This document shows positions 15,014 to 24,900 of a DNA stretch of 40,035 nucleotides, one piece after another. The notes below the pieces were generated by a model. That model was not told the DNA's origin and did not search any database. It was given only the letters and a program-made list of their open reading frames with translations. Position numbers and translations under genes: made by a program. Positions within the stretch are counted from its first letter, which is position 1. The number at the start of each line of letters is the position of its first letter. The stretch is from a virus (lineage: Duplodnaviria > Caudoviricetes): IMG/VR virus record IMGVR_UViG_3300025267_000036, positions 1 through 40,035 of that record; one strand, written 5' to 3'.

Positions 15014-15197
15014 TCCTAAACATGACTACATGGAGTCTAAGCATAACGCTATGATTCTGGTTAATAATATTAAACGTCACTACAGGAGCTATAATTATAC
15101 AGACTTTGATATCTGGTGTGAGAAAGAAAAGTTAGGTAATGACCACATCTGGGTTGTAAGAAGTAATCTAGCACAACAGCTTTACAACCTGTCGTAA
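14988..15197 (+). CDS. Hypothetical protein (69 aa)
   Basis: Fills the operon gap before the RNR gene. Confidence 0.6.
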   Translation: MAQRRKAPNPKHDYMESKHNAMILVNNIKRHYRSYNYTDFDIWCEKEKLGNDHIWVVRSNLAQQLYNLS

Positions 15198-15223
15198 GTA
15201 AACACATAAAGGAGAATACTATT

Positions 15224-16909
15224 ATGTCTACGTGGCGCAGTAACGAGAACCCTATGTTTCGCTCACTTCTTAGTGAAACTATTTTTAAACAAAAGTATCA
15301 GCATGAAGGATGTGAAACGTGGACTGATCTGGCACGTACTCTTTCATATGATGTGTGTGGTAATCTTTTAAGTGAAGAAGAAGTTAATGAACTCTCTAAT
15401 CTTATAAGTGATCTTAAATTTATTCCGGGCGGTAGGTATCTGTACTATGCAGGAAGAGATAACAAGTTCTTTAATAATTGTTTCCTGTTAAAAGCAGAAG
15501 AAGATACTCGTGAAGATTGGGCTAATCTAAGTTGGAAATCAGAGTCCTGTCTAATGACAGGAGGAGGTATCGGTGTAGATTACTCAGTGTATCGGGGATC
15601 TGGTGAGATCTTACGTGGCACAGGCGGTGTAGCATCTGGTCCTATTCCCAAGATGCAGATGATAAATGAAATAGGCAGACGTGTGATGCAAGGCGGTAGT
15701 AGAAGGTCTGCAATCTATGCAAGTTTAAATTGGAAGCATAAAGATATTAATGAGTTTCTTAATGCAAAGAACTGGGATGAGATGGAGATTGGTGGAACAG
15801 ATCTGACAATGGGGGATCTGAAGAAAAAGGATTTTAACTTTCCTTGTCCACTAGATATGACAAATATATCTGTTAACTACGATACAGAGTGGTTACTTAA
15901 CTATTGGAAAACAGGAGAAGTGGGTGATGTCTTTAGGAATAATATACGTCAGGCTCTTAGAACAGGAGAACCGGGATTCAGTTTCAATTTCTTTGACAAA
16001 GAAAAGGAAACCCTCCGTAATGCCTGTACTGAAGTTAGCAGTTCTGACGACAGTGATGTATGTAATCTTGGTAGTATTAACTTAGGTCGTATAGACTCTA
16101 TCGAAGAACTTTCTACAGTGGTGGAACTTGCTACCAAGTTTCTTATATGCGGTACTCTTAAAGCCAAGCTTCCTTACGAAAAGATATATGATGTGAGACA
16201 GAAGAATCGTCGTCTTGGTTTAGGTATGATGGGTATACATGAGTGGCTTCTTAAAAACGATTATAAGTATGAAATTGTTCCTGAGTTAGAGAACTGGTTA
16301 TCTATTTATAAAGGAGTAAGTGACAAGGTTTCCAAAGAGTTTGCTGATCATCTCAGTCTAAGCCGTCCTGTTGCTAATAGAGCAATAGCTCCAACAGGTT
16401 CCATTGGAATACTAGCTGGAACAACAACAGGAATTGAACCTATATTTGCGGTAGCTTATAAAAGAAGGTATCTTAAAGGCGGTAACAGATGGCATTATCA
16501 ATACGTAGTTGACGCAGCCGCTTCCGAAATCATTAACATTTATGGAATTGATCCAGACTCTATAGAGACAGCAATAGATCTTGCTGAAGATTATGAAAGG
16601 AGAATAAAGTTTCAGGCAGGTGTACAGCGTTATGTTGATATGTCTATTAGTTCTACAATTAATTTACCAGAATGGGGGAGTAAATTAAATAATGAAGAAA
16701 CGGTGGAATCATTTTCGCAAACACTATCCCGATATGCTTCTGATCTACGTGGCTTCACTGCTTATCCTAACGGTTCTCGTGGTGGGCAACCTCTCACAAA
16801 AGTCCCATATACAGAAGCCGTTGACAAACTTGGAGAAGAATTTGAAGAGTCCATAGAAGCACATGACATCTGTGATATTACTGGACGTGGAGGATCATGT
16901 GGTGCTTAA
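15224..16909 (+). CDS. nrdJ: Class II (adenosylcobalamin-dependent) ribonucleotide reductase
   Basis: PGGR, NCF, GGSRRSA, NACTE (thiyl-radical Cys), CNLGS and IAPTG motifs; C-terminal Cys pair; short length; no nrdB adjacent. Confidence 0.85.
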   Translation: MSTWRSNENPMFRSLLSETIFKQKYQHEGCETWTDLARTLSYDVCGNLLSEEEVNELSNLISDLKFIPGGRYLYYAGRDNKFFNNCFLLKAEEDTREDWANLSWKSESCLMTGGGIGVDYSVYRGSGEILRGTGGVASGPIPKMQMINEIGRRVMQGGSRRSAIYASLNWKHKDINEFLNAKNWDEMEIGGTDLTMGDLKKKDFNFPCPLDMTNISVNYDTEWLLNYWKTGEVGDVFRNNIRQALRTGEPGFSFNFFDKEKETLRNACTEVSSSDDSDVCNLGSINLGRIDSIEELSTVVELATKFLICGTLKAKLPYEKIYDVRQKNRRLGLGMMGIHEWLLKNDYKYEIVPELENWLSIYKGVSDKVSKEFADHLSLSRPVANRAIAPTGSIGILAGTTTGIEPIFAVAYKRRYLKGGNRWHYQYVVDAAASEIINIYGIDPDSIETAIDLAEDYERRIKFQAGVQRYVDMSISSTINLPEWGSKLNNEETVESFSQTLSRYASDLRGFTAYPNGSRGGQPLTKVPYTEAVDKLGEEFEESIEAHDICDITGRGGSCGA

Positions 16910-16994
16910 ACATATTTTAAAGTGGTGGAATAAATTACTAAAGGGAAAACCTTCACCTCAATATCTGTCAGGTAAAGATGATAAATCTAACTGA
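16899..16994 (+). CDS. Possible 31-aa peptide (MVLKHILKWWNKLLKGKPSPQYLSGKDDKSN)
   Basis: GGAGG 5 nt before a GTG; bridges the nrdJ-iscA gap and overlaps both genes. Confidence 0.4.
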   Translation: MVLKHILKWWNKLLKGKPSPQYLSGKDDKSN

Positions 16995-17307
16995 TAACGC
17001 AGACATACATCTGTCCTCTGTTGTTGCAGAGAATAAGGTAGTTGCTATTCGACTAGCAGTTAACAGCGGAGGATGTTCAGGCTTTACCTACGATTGGCAA
17101 CTTGTTACTGAAGAAGAGTTCGATGATGTTATTGATGACTTCATTATAGATCTGGATACAGGTAAGCTTGTCATCGATAATGTATCAAGTGTTTATGTAG
17201 CAGGAATGACAGTGGATTATAAGAAAGATATTTTTGGTCAACGTCTTATGATTGATAACCCTAATGTAGAATCCATGTGCGGATGCGGAGAAAGTTTTCA
17301 AGTATGA
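16978..17307 (+). CDS. iscA: A-type Fe-S cluster carrier (IscA/SufA/HesB family)
   Basis: GGCSG and CGCGESF signature motifs. Confidence 0.93.
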   Translation: MINLTDNADIHLSSVVAENKVVAIRLAVNSGGCSGFTYDWQLVTEEEFDDVIDDFIIDLDTGKLVIDNVSSVYVAGMTVDYKKDIFGQRLMIDNPNVESMCGCGESFQV

Positions 17308-17588
17308 CTATCTTAGATAAACAAACACCAACTCACACAAAGGATTGGTATATTAAATGGGCAGCTTCTGTTGTTCTTTTATTGGGAATGCTTCTGACTG
17401 CCAATAATGTATATCCTCTTAATCTTGTGTTCCATGTTGTTGGGTTAAGTGGTTGGTTCACAGTTGCGCTAATCTGGAATGATCGTGCGCTTATTGTTAT
17501 CAATGCAGTTTCAATTGCAATCCTGATGAATGGACTGTTAAGATACGCACTTGAATGTAAAGATTGTTTGTGGTATAACATTGGGTAA
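17304..17588 (+). CDS. Small three-TM membrane protein (DUF6552-like)
   Basis: Three hydrophobic segments; WYIKW, YPLN and WNDRAL motifs; ATGA overlap with iscA. Confidence 0.7.
   Translation: MTILDKQTPTHTKDWYIKWAASVVLLLGMLLTANNVYPLNLVFHVVGLSGWFTVALIWNDRALIVINAVSIAILMNGLLRYALECKDCLWYNIG
17551..17579 (+). promoter_or_regulatory. Promoter TTGAAT-N17-TATAAC with extended -10 TG
   Basis: Hexamers read directly; followed by a leader hairpin and the ORF at 17643. Confidence 0.55.
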
Positions 17589-17642
17589 GAATGCTTCCAA
17601 GAAGGTTCTTGTTTATTTTAACGCTTAATACACGAGGTTAAT

Positions 17643-17870
17643 ATGTACTATCGACTAGCCACTAGCTATTCCAATCTTCCATCCACTCTTTCAAAAGATG
17701 CAAAGGTAAAAATCAATCGGATTATTGAAGAGGATGAGGAAGAATCTAAGAAGCAAGCTATCAAAGAACGGATAGAAAGACTTACAGAAGCCATTCAACG
17801 TCTTGAAGAGGAGTTAACTTACCTTGAAACAGGGATTTCTCCTGAGAGCCGCTTAGAGAAGGCTGGGTAA
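17643..17870 (+). CDS. Hypothetical coiled-coil protein (75 aa); last gene of the + arm
   Basis: GAGGT RBS and its own promoter. Confidence 0.7.
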   Translation: MYYRLATSYSNLPSTLSKDAKVKINRIIEEDEEESKKQAIKERIERLTEAIQRLEEELTYLETGISPESRLEKAG

Positions 17871-17941
17871 GAGTCGGGGTCTTTCTGGTAGGGTAGGTCC
17901 AGACGACTACGAGTAGGCTACTCACGCCTCAAATACGGGCC

Positions 17942-18346
17942 TCATTTTTTCATATTATTACGTTGAACGCCCTTCCACTTCTCCGCTGTACGCATTCCAC
18001 CTAATCCTAAGAGACTGAGGGTCAAAGTTAGTAAACCCTCTGTCTGAATATGTGGAAGTGCAACATCCAGATTGGAAACAGCAAGACCCCAAATAGCTAC
18101 AGGCTGGAATACGAACTGCCACGCCAACCCGAAAGCACAGATCCACATGATAGCTGGTCTGGCTCCGGCAACAAATATACTGGGATGCTTTGCCTGTTCC
18201 AGATTTGTCTGTGCTTGTGCAAGATCAAGTGAAACGATCTGGGATTTTAATTCGTGAGCAAGTTTTGTTTTGAGATCCTTGTCCTCCACAAACTTGTCGA
18301 GAACTTTTCCTGCAACTCCGATTACTGACTCAGCAATTCCTAACAT
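17942..18346 (-). CDS. Holin, '3TMs for gene-transfer release' (DUF3154) family
   Basis: SIFVAGARPAIMWIC and LLGLGGMRTAEK motifs; hydrophobic segments. Confidence 0.88.
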   Translation of the reverse strand: MLGIAESVIGVAGKVLDKFVEDKDLKTKLAHELKSQIVSLDLAQAQTNLEQAKHPSIFVAGARPAIMWICAFGLAWQFVFQPVAIWGLAVSNLDVALPHIQTEGLLTLTLSLLGLGGMRTAEKWKGVQRNNMKK

Positions 18347-18357
18347 TTAACTATTCC

Positions 18358-18462
18358 TTAAAAAAAGATTAAATAAACTACACCACTTAACACAACTATA
18401 TCAGCACCTATAGACCATACAATGTATCCTTTAAGCATCCACTTACCAATTCCTTCTAACAT
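18358..18462 (-). CDS. 34-aa membrane peptide (MLEGIGKWMLKGYIVWSIGADIVVLSGVVYLIFF)
   Basis: Translated by hand. Exactly fills the gap between two genes; its stop overlaps the holin RBS. Confidence 0.6.
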   Translation of the reverse strand: MLEGIGKWMLKGYIVWSIGADIVVLSGVVYLIFF

Positions 18463-18464
18463 TT

Positions 18465-18797
18465 TTATTCTTCCATTAAAGGGTCTGTATAGCCCATTGT
18501 ATCACAAACTAGATCCATTACATCTATTTTAAGTTTGTCCAACATTACATACAAATTAGAGGCACTCATATCTCCTGCCATCATGTCTCTCATTTTACCT
18601 GCTTTGTCAAAAGATAAACACACTACACCAACAATACTTTCATCATTCTCTATATTAGACATGAGTTCTTCCACACATTTATAAACTGCCCTACGCGAAG
18701 CTACGTAGACTTGATGATCTGACTGTTCAGAAAACAAATCTATATTCGCCAGTGTATCAGTAGGAAAGTTTATGATGTTGTCTTCGTCATCCGTCAT
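18465..18797 (-). CDS. Acidic hypothetical protein (110 aa)
   Basis: Overlaps the upstream gene; operon position. Confidence 0.7.
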   Translation of the reverse strand: MTDDEDNIINFPTDTLANIDLFSEQSDHQVYVASRRAVYKCVEELMSNIENDESIVGVVCLSFDKAGKMRDMMAGDMSASNLYVMLDKLKIDVMDLVCDTMGYTDPLMEE

Positions 18798-21177
18798 TCT
18801 TTAGAATCTCTTCGTAAGTTCTACTCTTGTATCCCTTTTTCAAACGATCCTGCCACACACCATTGACCAGACCGTCACAGTAAACATCTATATTGAGATC
18901 AAGTATCTTACTGTCCAGCATCTGTTCCACATCCTGTGCCAATGCAAGCAACTCTCCTGTTGTCCAGAACTTTTCATTATTATCTGTTCCTGTTTCTATT
19001 CCTACATTCATATACTTTGGCTGACCATCGTCTCTCTTGGTGTCAAAGTCTTCTGGTTTATCGGGAAGAGAAGAGTCAAAACCATACAGATGAAAGTTAC
19101 GGAACCCCATCGTGTGAAACAAACCAACTGTTCTCGTAGCCGCACACGTTCCACCTGTTATCAGAAAGTTACCAGCAAGGAACTCATACTTGGCTACAGC
19201 TTGAGAGAAGGCATGGAACCCTACGATGTTATCTGTCTTTGTCATTATGTAATCCAGAACAGAAGTGTCTGTCATACTTGCCACAAACATTATTGTTTCT
19301 TTTGGTATGTTTTCAAACAGCGTCTTGCGAACTACACCATGCGTTGACTCACCTTCTATAGATCTGGGATCTAGGATCGTACACCCAAACGGAATGATGT
19401 CATGCTTCAACAATGTCGGTAAAGAATGCTTAACACACATAACCTTTGCGTCATATTTCTTCTGACGTTCTTTGATATCGTCAATGTATTTTTCAAGAGA
19501 AGGTCCAGCAGACGCGACAATAACATGCTCGTTATTTATGTATCCCTTTTCATTAACCAGACGCTTGAACTTCGGAGTGTTTACTTCAATATTATTTTTA
19601 ATGTGTTCTTTCGGCATACAGTCTTGCGGATTAACTTTAATAGGGACACGACCTGTCGTAAGATTAGATGGCAGTGTTAACTTGTCGTCACTGACAACGA
19701 TGGCAAGGTTGGTTATACCGCCGCCTATAACACCATCTTGTGTAGGTATAATAACTTTGGTTGCTTTTTCATCTACCTCTTTATCAAAGATTTCATTACA
19801 CCCAAACTGTGTGGTATCCGGTCCTACATCCCCATTAAAGTCAGGGGTGTAAAAGTCATCAAATAACACAACAGGAAGATGCTTAACAAAATTATAATCA
19901 GATCTGATGGTTTCAACACTATGCCCTCCGTCAATGTATGCAAACTGTGGCTTGATGTTATGAGTATTACAGTAGTCCTTATTCTTTAAGACCTTTAAAG
20001 TCTCACGTGTATTACCTTTTATAATACAGTAGGTAAATTCTTTACCGTTCTTTGCGGCAGTCTGTGCAAAAGAATACAGGTACTCTTTAACTTCAGCTTC
20101 ACTATAATGTTTCTTTACATTCTTTTCTGTTTGATCGTCTTCTTCAGTAGCCTCTTCAAACAGATCGAATCCTGTATAGTGAACCTTCGTGACACCAGCA
20201 TCAAACAAACCTGATGCCATCTTGACAGCACGTGCGCCACTCCACGTACCAATCTCAAGTATGTTATCAAACTTGTAATGCGCTACTATCTTAGGAATCA
20301 ATTCATTACGTTTCGGTCCTGTCACATCAGGTGGGAGATCCCCTGTTATTTTACGGTTCCCTTTATTATGAACCATGTACTTTCCGACTTCTGAATATTC
20401 AAATGCATCCAGATCCGTACAGCCTTCTGAAAGATTACAAACGTTCAGCCCATGCACTGCGTACATTGTAAGAAGTCTGGTAAAGACAAACGCATCTGTC
20501 CATTCTCTGTATCCGAATATCTCACCGCTTACGTAGATCCCTCTAAAGTCACTGAGAAATTCCTGCACTCTCATGCTGGTCAGATTAAAAGTAATAAAAG
20601 AAGTACAGCTATAGTCGATAGAAGTTCGACCAAGATGAGAGATATCAGCAAACTCTACGTTATCTCCTTTACAGATCATCTCTGTTGCAGCCTCAAGACT
20701 CACTTCCTGTTTAGTTTTAGAGTCAGAGTCTATCCACGCAAGATGTCCTATGTCAGTATGTAAAGGATTTCCTCCTGCCTTTGCCACTGCACCATGTACA
20801 ATATGAATGATCCTTCTTGCTTCTCCCGTTATAGCAAATACTTTATGAGAGAACCGTGCCGCATCCATACGGTAGTTGTAGGTTTCGTCCTGTACGAAAT
20901 TCTTTGGAGGCCACTCTGTTTCAGTCTCCTTTTGTTCTTCAGACTTACCGTTGTTCTGACCAAACGTTTTATGAAACTCTTTCCACTCTTTATCCTTTTC
21001 AAGTTTGAAGTAAGAGATACGAGGACTGTCAACGATGTCTTCCGGCAGTTCTCCACCATCATAGTAAACAGCAAGCTGGATCTGGTCATCCCACTTTTCG
21101 TCAAATGAAGTAAGGAAGTCTTTGGCGTAGAGATCCCACGCCTTTACGTTAAAGCTTGTTACTAGATTTATCGGCAT
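18787..21177 (-). CDS. Three-domain protein: GT-A-like glycosyltransferase + class I SAM methyltransferase + Maf/DUF115 (MptE-like) domain
   Basis: FSHKVFA/WIDSD (DxD); ILEIGTWSG, YTGFDLFE, YIDGGHS, FDD; SAGPSL, GFRNFHLYGFDS. Confidence 0.75.
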   Translation of the reverse strand: MPINLVTSFNVKAWDLYAKDFLTSFDEKWDDQIQLAVYYDGGELPEDIVDSPRISYFKLEKDKEWKEFHKTFGQNNGKSEEQKETETEWPPKNFVQDETYNYRMDAARFSHKVFAITGEARRIIHIVHGAVAKAGGNPLHTDIGHLAWIDSDSKTKQEVSLEAATEMICKGDNVEFADISHLGRTSIDYSCTSFITFNLTSMRVQEFLSDFRGIYVSGEIFGYREWTDAFVFTRLLTMYAVHGLNVCNLSEGCTDLDAFEYSEVGKYMVHNKGNRKITGDLPPDVTGPKRNELIPKIVAHYKFDNILEIGTWSGARAVKMASGLFDAGVTKVHYTGFDLFEEATEEDDQTEKNVKKHYSEAEVKEYLYSFAQTAAKNGKEFTYCIIKGNTRETLKVLKNKDYCNTHNIKPQFAYIDGGHSVETIRSDYNFVKHLPVVLFDDFYTPDFNGDVGPDTTQFGCNEIFDKEVDEKATKVIIPTQDGVIGGGITNLAIVVSDDKLTLPSNLTTGRVPIKVNPQDCMPKEHIKNNIEVNTPKFKRLVNEKGYINNEHVIVASAGPSLEKYIDDIKERQKKYDAKVMCVKHSLPTLLKHDIIPFGCTILDPRSIEGESTHGVVRKTLFENIPKETIMFVASMTDTSVLDYIMTKTDNIVGFHAFSQAVAKYEFLAGNFLITGGTCAATRTVGLFHTMGFRNFHLYGFDSSLPDKPEDFDTKRDDGQPKYMNVGIETGTDNNEKFWTTGELLALAQDVEQMLDSKILDLNIDVYCDGLVNGVWQDRLKKGYKSRTYEEILKNDG

Positions 21178-21907
21178 ACATTTTTCCTAATGCTTTGTTC
21201 CATTCTTCTGCATACTCTACATTCTCATATCCTTTGAACCACGGGCCTCCCTCTGAGAAGTGTATAGCAGCAGGTTCGTCTTCAATTTCTGTCGCTCCAG
21301 ACACATAGTTCCATCGCGGATGTATCTCTCCAATCTCGTTGTCTCCCAGCCATCCAAAAGTATGAAGCTCTATTCCTTCTGCTTCGTTTAATTTAAAGTA
21401 TCCCATTTTTTCATTAGAAGGATGATCCAGATTCCAGAGCATCATGGAAGACCAAAGCTTACGGGGATATCCTGTCTGTATTTTATTGTCCATCTTAATA
21501 GTATTGGTAGGGGTCCAATCAAACTTGACACACATGACAGCGTACTTGTCATCTGTTAGTTTAAACAGTTCTTCTACCGGAACACGAAATAGAAAGTCAC
21601 AGTCCACAAACATTGTCCACCCACGCTGCTTGTGAACTTTAGTTGCGTACTCCTGTATTCCGAATCTTGTATGAGAGAACTCAGTAGAGAACGGCTTGCC
21701 ATCCAGTTCGTCCCAGTACTGACCCTCTTCATCTATAACCCAACGCCTGTAGAACAATCCGTAGTACCGCATGTCCTGATGTTTAAGGGGAATAACATTG
21801 ACACTGAAATCGTCACTGTTGTGTTTCATTAAAGAATAACGACAGACTTCGTAGGCATCATGCTCACGAGCATCATACCCCACATAAACATTGATAGGTG
21901 CTTTCAT
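21149..21907 (-). CDS. Glycosyltransferase (GT8/CDI-like)
   Basis: YVGYDARE, STEFSHTRF, FVDCD (DxD), YPRKLWSS, WN and HFSEGGPWF motifs. Confidence 0.85.
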   Translation of the reverse strand: MKAPINVYVGYDAREHDAYEVCRYSLMKHNSDDFSVNVIPLKHQDMRYYGLFYRRWVIDEEGQYWDELDGKPFSTEFSHTRFGIQEYATKVHKQRGWTMFVDCDFLFRVPVEELFKLTDDKYAVMCVKFDWTPTNTIKMDNKIQTGYPRKLWSSMMLWNLDHPSNEKMGYFKLNEAEGIELHTFGWLGDNEIGEIHPRWNYVSGATEIEDEPAAIHFSEGGPWFKGYENVEYAEEWNKALGKMYADKSSNKL

Positions 21908-21942
21908 AATGATTTAATTTATATGATTAAATAAGGCTAATG

Positions 21943-24900
21943 TCAACCTTCTGAGGCAACAGCACCTTCCAAGACATGACGCTGTATTTCTGGACGTACT
22001 GACTTACGTACACGTGGACCTGTTGTAAGTGAGAGAGCATCATGCGCTCGTAAGGCACGTTTGTAAATAGATTTCAAATTAAGGTTATATTGTTTAGACG
22101 GAGTTGCTGCATTATCAATATCATGTTGCATGGCTTTGAGATAATCTTCGTAGTACTGTTGCATGTTATTTGTAGCACTACTAAGATTTCCATTTTGAAT
22201 ATCTGTCATATACCCACTCAATGCTGTAGCCATTCGACTACTGTAGTATTCTTTTCCGTTAGCTGCTCTGTACTGATAGTAATTCTCCTGTCCTCGTCTG
22301 GCTCTGGCGCGAGCAACAGTAGCCGGAGTGAACCCCATAGAATAAATAAACTTCTCTCCCAGCCCAAGTTCTCCAGCAGGTAACAGTTGTTGACCTCTTG
22401 CTGTAAACGTACCGTACTGACTTTCTCCGACTGAAGCTCTTATGAGATTACCCATAGCTATCGGAAATAATGCAGCGGCTGTCCCAATCATATCTCCTCT
22501 GTCATAAGCCGTGTTCACTCCTTCTACCGTATCTATAATACGGCTGATAGCCGGACCTGTATAATCTGTAGGATCACCACCCATAAGCAACCGTAGTGGA
22601 ATGATGTCACCATACGAAGCACGTCTGGATATATCCATTCCCATTCCACGCGGCAGTCCTCGTAACAGCATGTCGGTTGCATTGTATCCCAGAATAGGAC
22701 CAAGTACTTCACGTGTTCCCTGTTCAAAGTCCTGACCAACTTCATCTCCAAAGTTCTCAGTGATGAGTCTCCACAACTGTTTGAAGTTTTCCATGAACGG
22801 AAGACCCATAGCTCCACCAAACGCGAACATGGTTAAAGCCATCATGCCAAGCTGCTTACGGGCCATGCTCTTGATAGCTACCTGATCTTCAGCACTAAAG
22901 TTTCCTAGTCTACCACCCATACTTTTTGTTAACGCATCTGCATACAATCCAACCATCTGCCACATGAAACTTTGAAACTGGGTTACGACACTCATTATCG
23001 GTCCCTGAAAGAACACGGGACGGTTTTCTTTTCCCATAAAGAACTGTGTCTTCTCTACACCCATAGCTCCCATTGTTCTGGCAAATGTTTCTTCGTCTAG
23101 TACGTTAAGATCTTGTTCTCCAAATCTGGTTCCAAGTGAATATGCTTTGAAGTTAGCTTTGTTTCTATCCTCTTTAGCAGCACGGTAGAAAGCAAGTGCC
23201 GCTGTAATTCTGTTGACATTCTCTACCGTTCCGAAAGCAACACCGGAAGAGTCGGCAAGAAACCGTGTGTTTTTTGATTTAAGAAGTTTGGAAATCTCTC
23301 CAGCACCTAAATCCATATTCTGAATAGGCTGAATGATTCCGCTTTTAAACAGTTCAGCTAAAAATTCAAACTCTTGTTGAGGCATCCAATCTGGTTTACG
23401 GCCTTGATCTAGTATTTCTACGGGTTTTCCAATCTCTTCAACAGTTCTACCTAAAGCTTCATAATTTTTATCAGTTACTAATTCTGTTTTATAAAACTCA
23501 AACCCGTACTTACCCAGACGTGGTGTTGCCGTGTCAGCCATCATGTGTTTCCACAGCTTCATAGTATCCTTACCTGCTGTTAAGACACCACCTGTCCCAC
23601 GTGTAACTCCGGTGATAGCTGACAGAATAGGAACCGTGCCTTGAATAGTTTGGGTAAGGTTAATGGCAGCAGATGAAAGGTTGTATCCAAGAAACCAATG
23701 AAAAGCATAACCACGCAGCAACGTTGATTCGTTGTTGGGATTATTTATGTAGTCAAATAAGTTACGGGCTGTCTTGGAATAGTTAGAATTTTGTCCGTAG
23801 ATCTTATCAAGGTTCTCCAGTGATTCAAGCATCTCAGGTTCTATCATCAAAGATGAAGCAATGTTGGAACTGCTGTCAACGAAACGTTGGAAGGCAGATC
23901 TAAAATAATCTCCGTCATTGTTTCGTTCCGTAATAAAACCCGGATAACCTTCACGTGGTTTCAAAAGAGTTTCGGCTCTGGTTCCTGCCACTCGTTCTCT
24001 TACCATGTCAACAAAGTGTTCCAGATTTTCTTCTACAGCACCTTCTTTCCGTCCTATTTTTTCTCCCTTGTTATCGTAAATATGACCTTGAAAAATAGCT
24101 GCAAGAGTATCCAATGTTCCCATTGACTGCATCAATGCTTTTCCATGTTTGTTTGATCTGAGATTGTCCAGAGTCATGTCAAATTGAGTTACTTCAAATT
24201 CTTCTGCTGGAAATTCTCTTTCCAATTCTCGCGCTCGTTGACGCTGCTGTTCTTTTAAATTACGATTGAGTCTGTCTCCGACAACAGGGATGTTTCCAAA
24301 TGTCCTTCCCATTTTAGATTCAACAGATTCAATTCTTATCATCGGTCCTCTTAACGGTTCTCCCGTTTTCTTATTCAGCATTATATTACCTGCATCATCT
24401 TTTCTTGTCCGTCTGTAAACGGCTATGGCCTTATCGCCAAATCTTAGATGAGGAAAGTATCCCGGTCTTTTTTCATTTGCTACAGCATCCAGAATCTCTA
24501 CCAGCATGGTTGCTTGTTTAAATGTTAGATTCACATTTCCTAATGCAAAAGGAACCATATCAATTTCTGCTAGTCCTTCGATGCCGCCTTCTCGTACTAA
24601 TTCTTCTGCTTGCATCATCTGTGCATGAAAGTCTTGCAGCTTTTCATATTCAACTTTATTCAGTCCTTTGCCGGACGTATACAAAGGAGTTTGAAGAACT
24701 ATATTCCCTTCAGCATCTGGACCGTATGTTCCAAATTGTCCTAGATCTTCTAGGAACTTTCTTATATCTGCCTGAATAGATTGATAAGTACTCTCTCTTC
24801 CTGTTCTGATTCCAATCTCTTCACCTATGCCTTTAAACGATCCTGTATTTAATAAATTATGTACAATAGCTTTATACTTCTCATCCCCTACATGCTGACC

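Noticed and set aside
15224-16909. Class I RNR alpha subunit
   Set aside because: No adjacent nrdB, no C-terminal tyrosine pair typical of class I, and length and motifs fit class II.
7878-16909. Introns or inteins in primase, polA or nrdJ
   Set aside because: All three are uninterrupted and compact, with normally spaced motifs.
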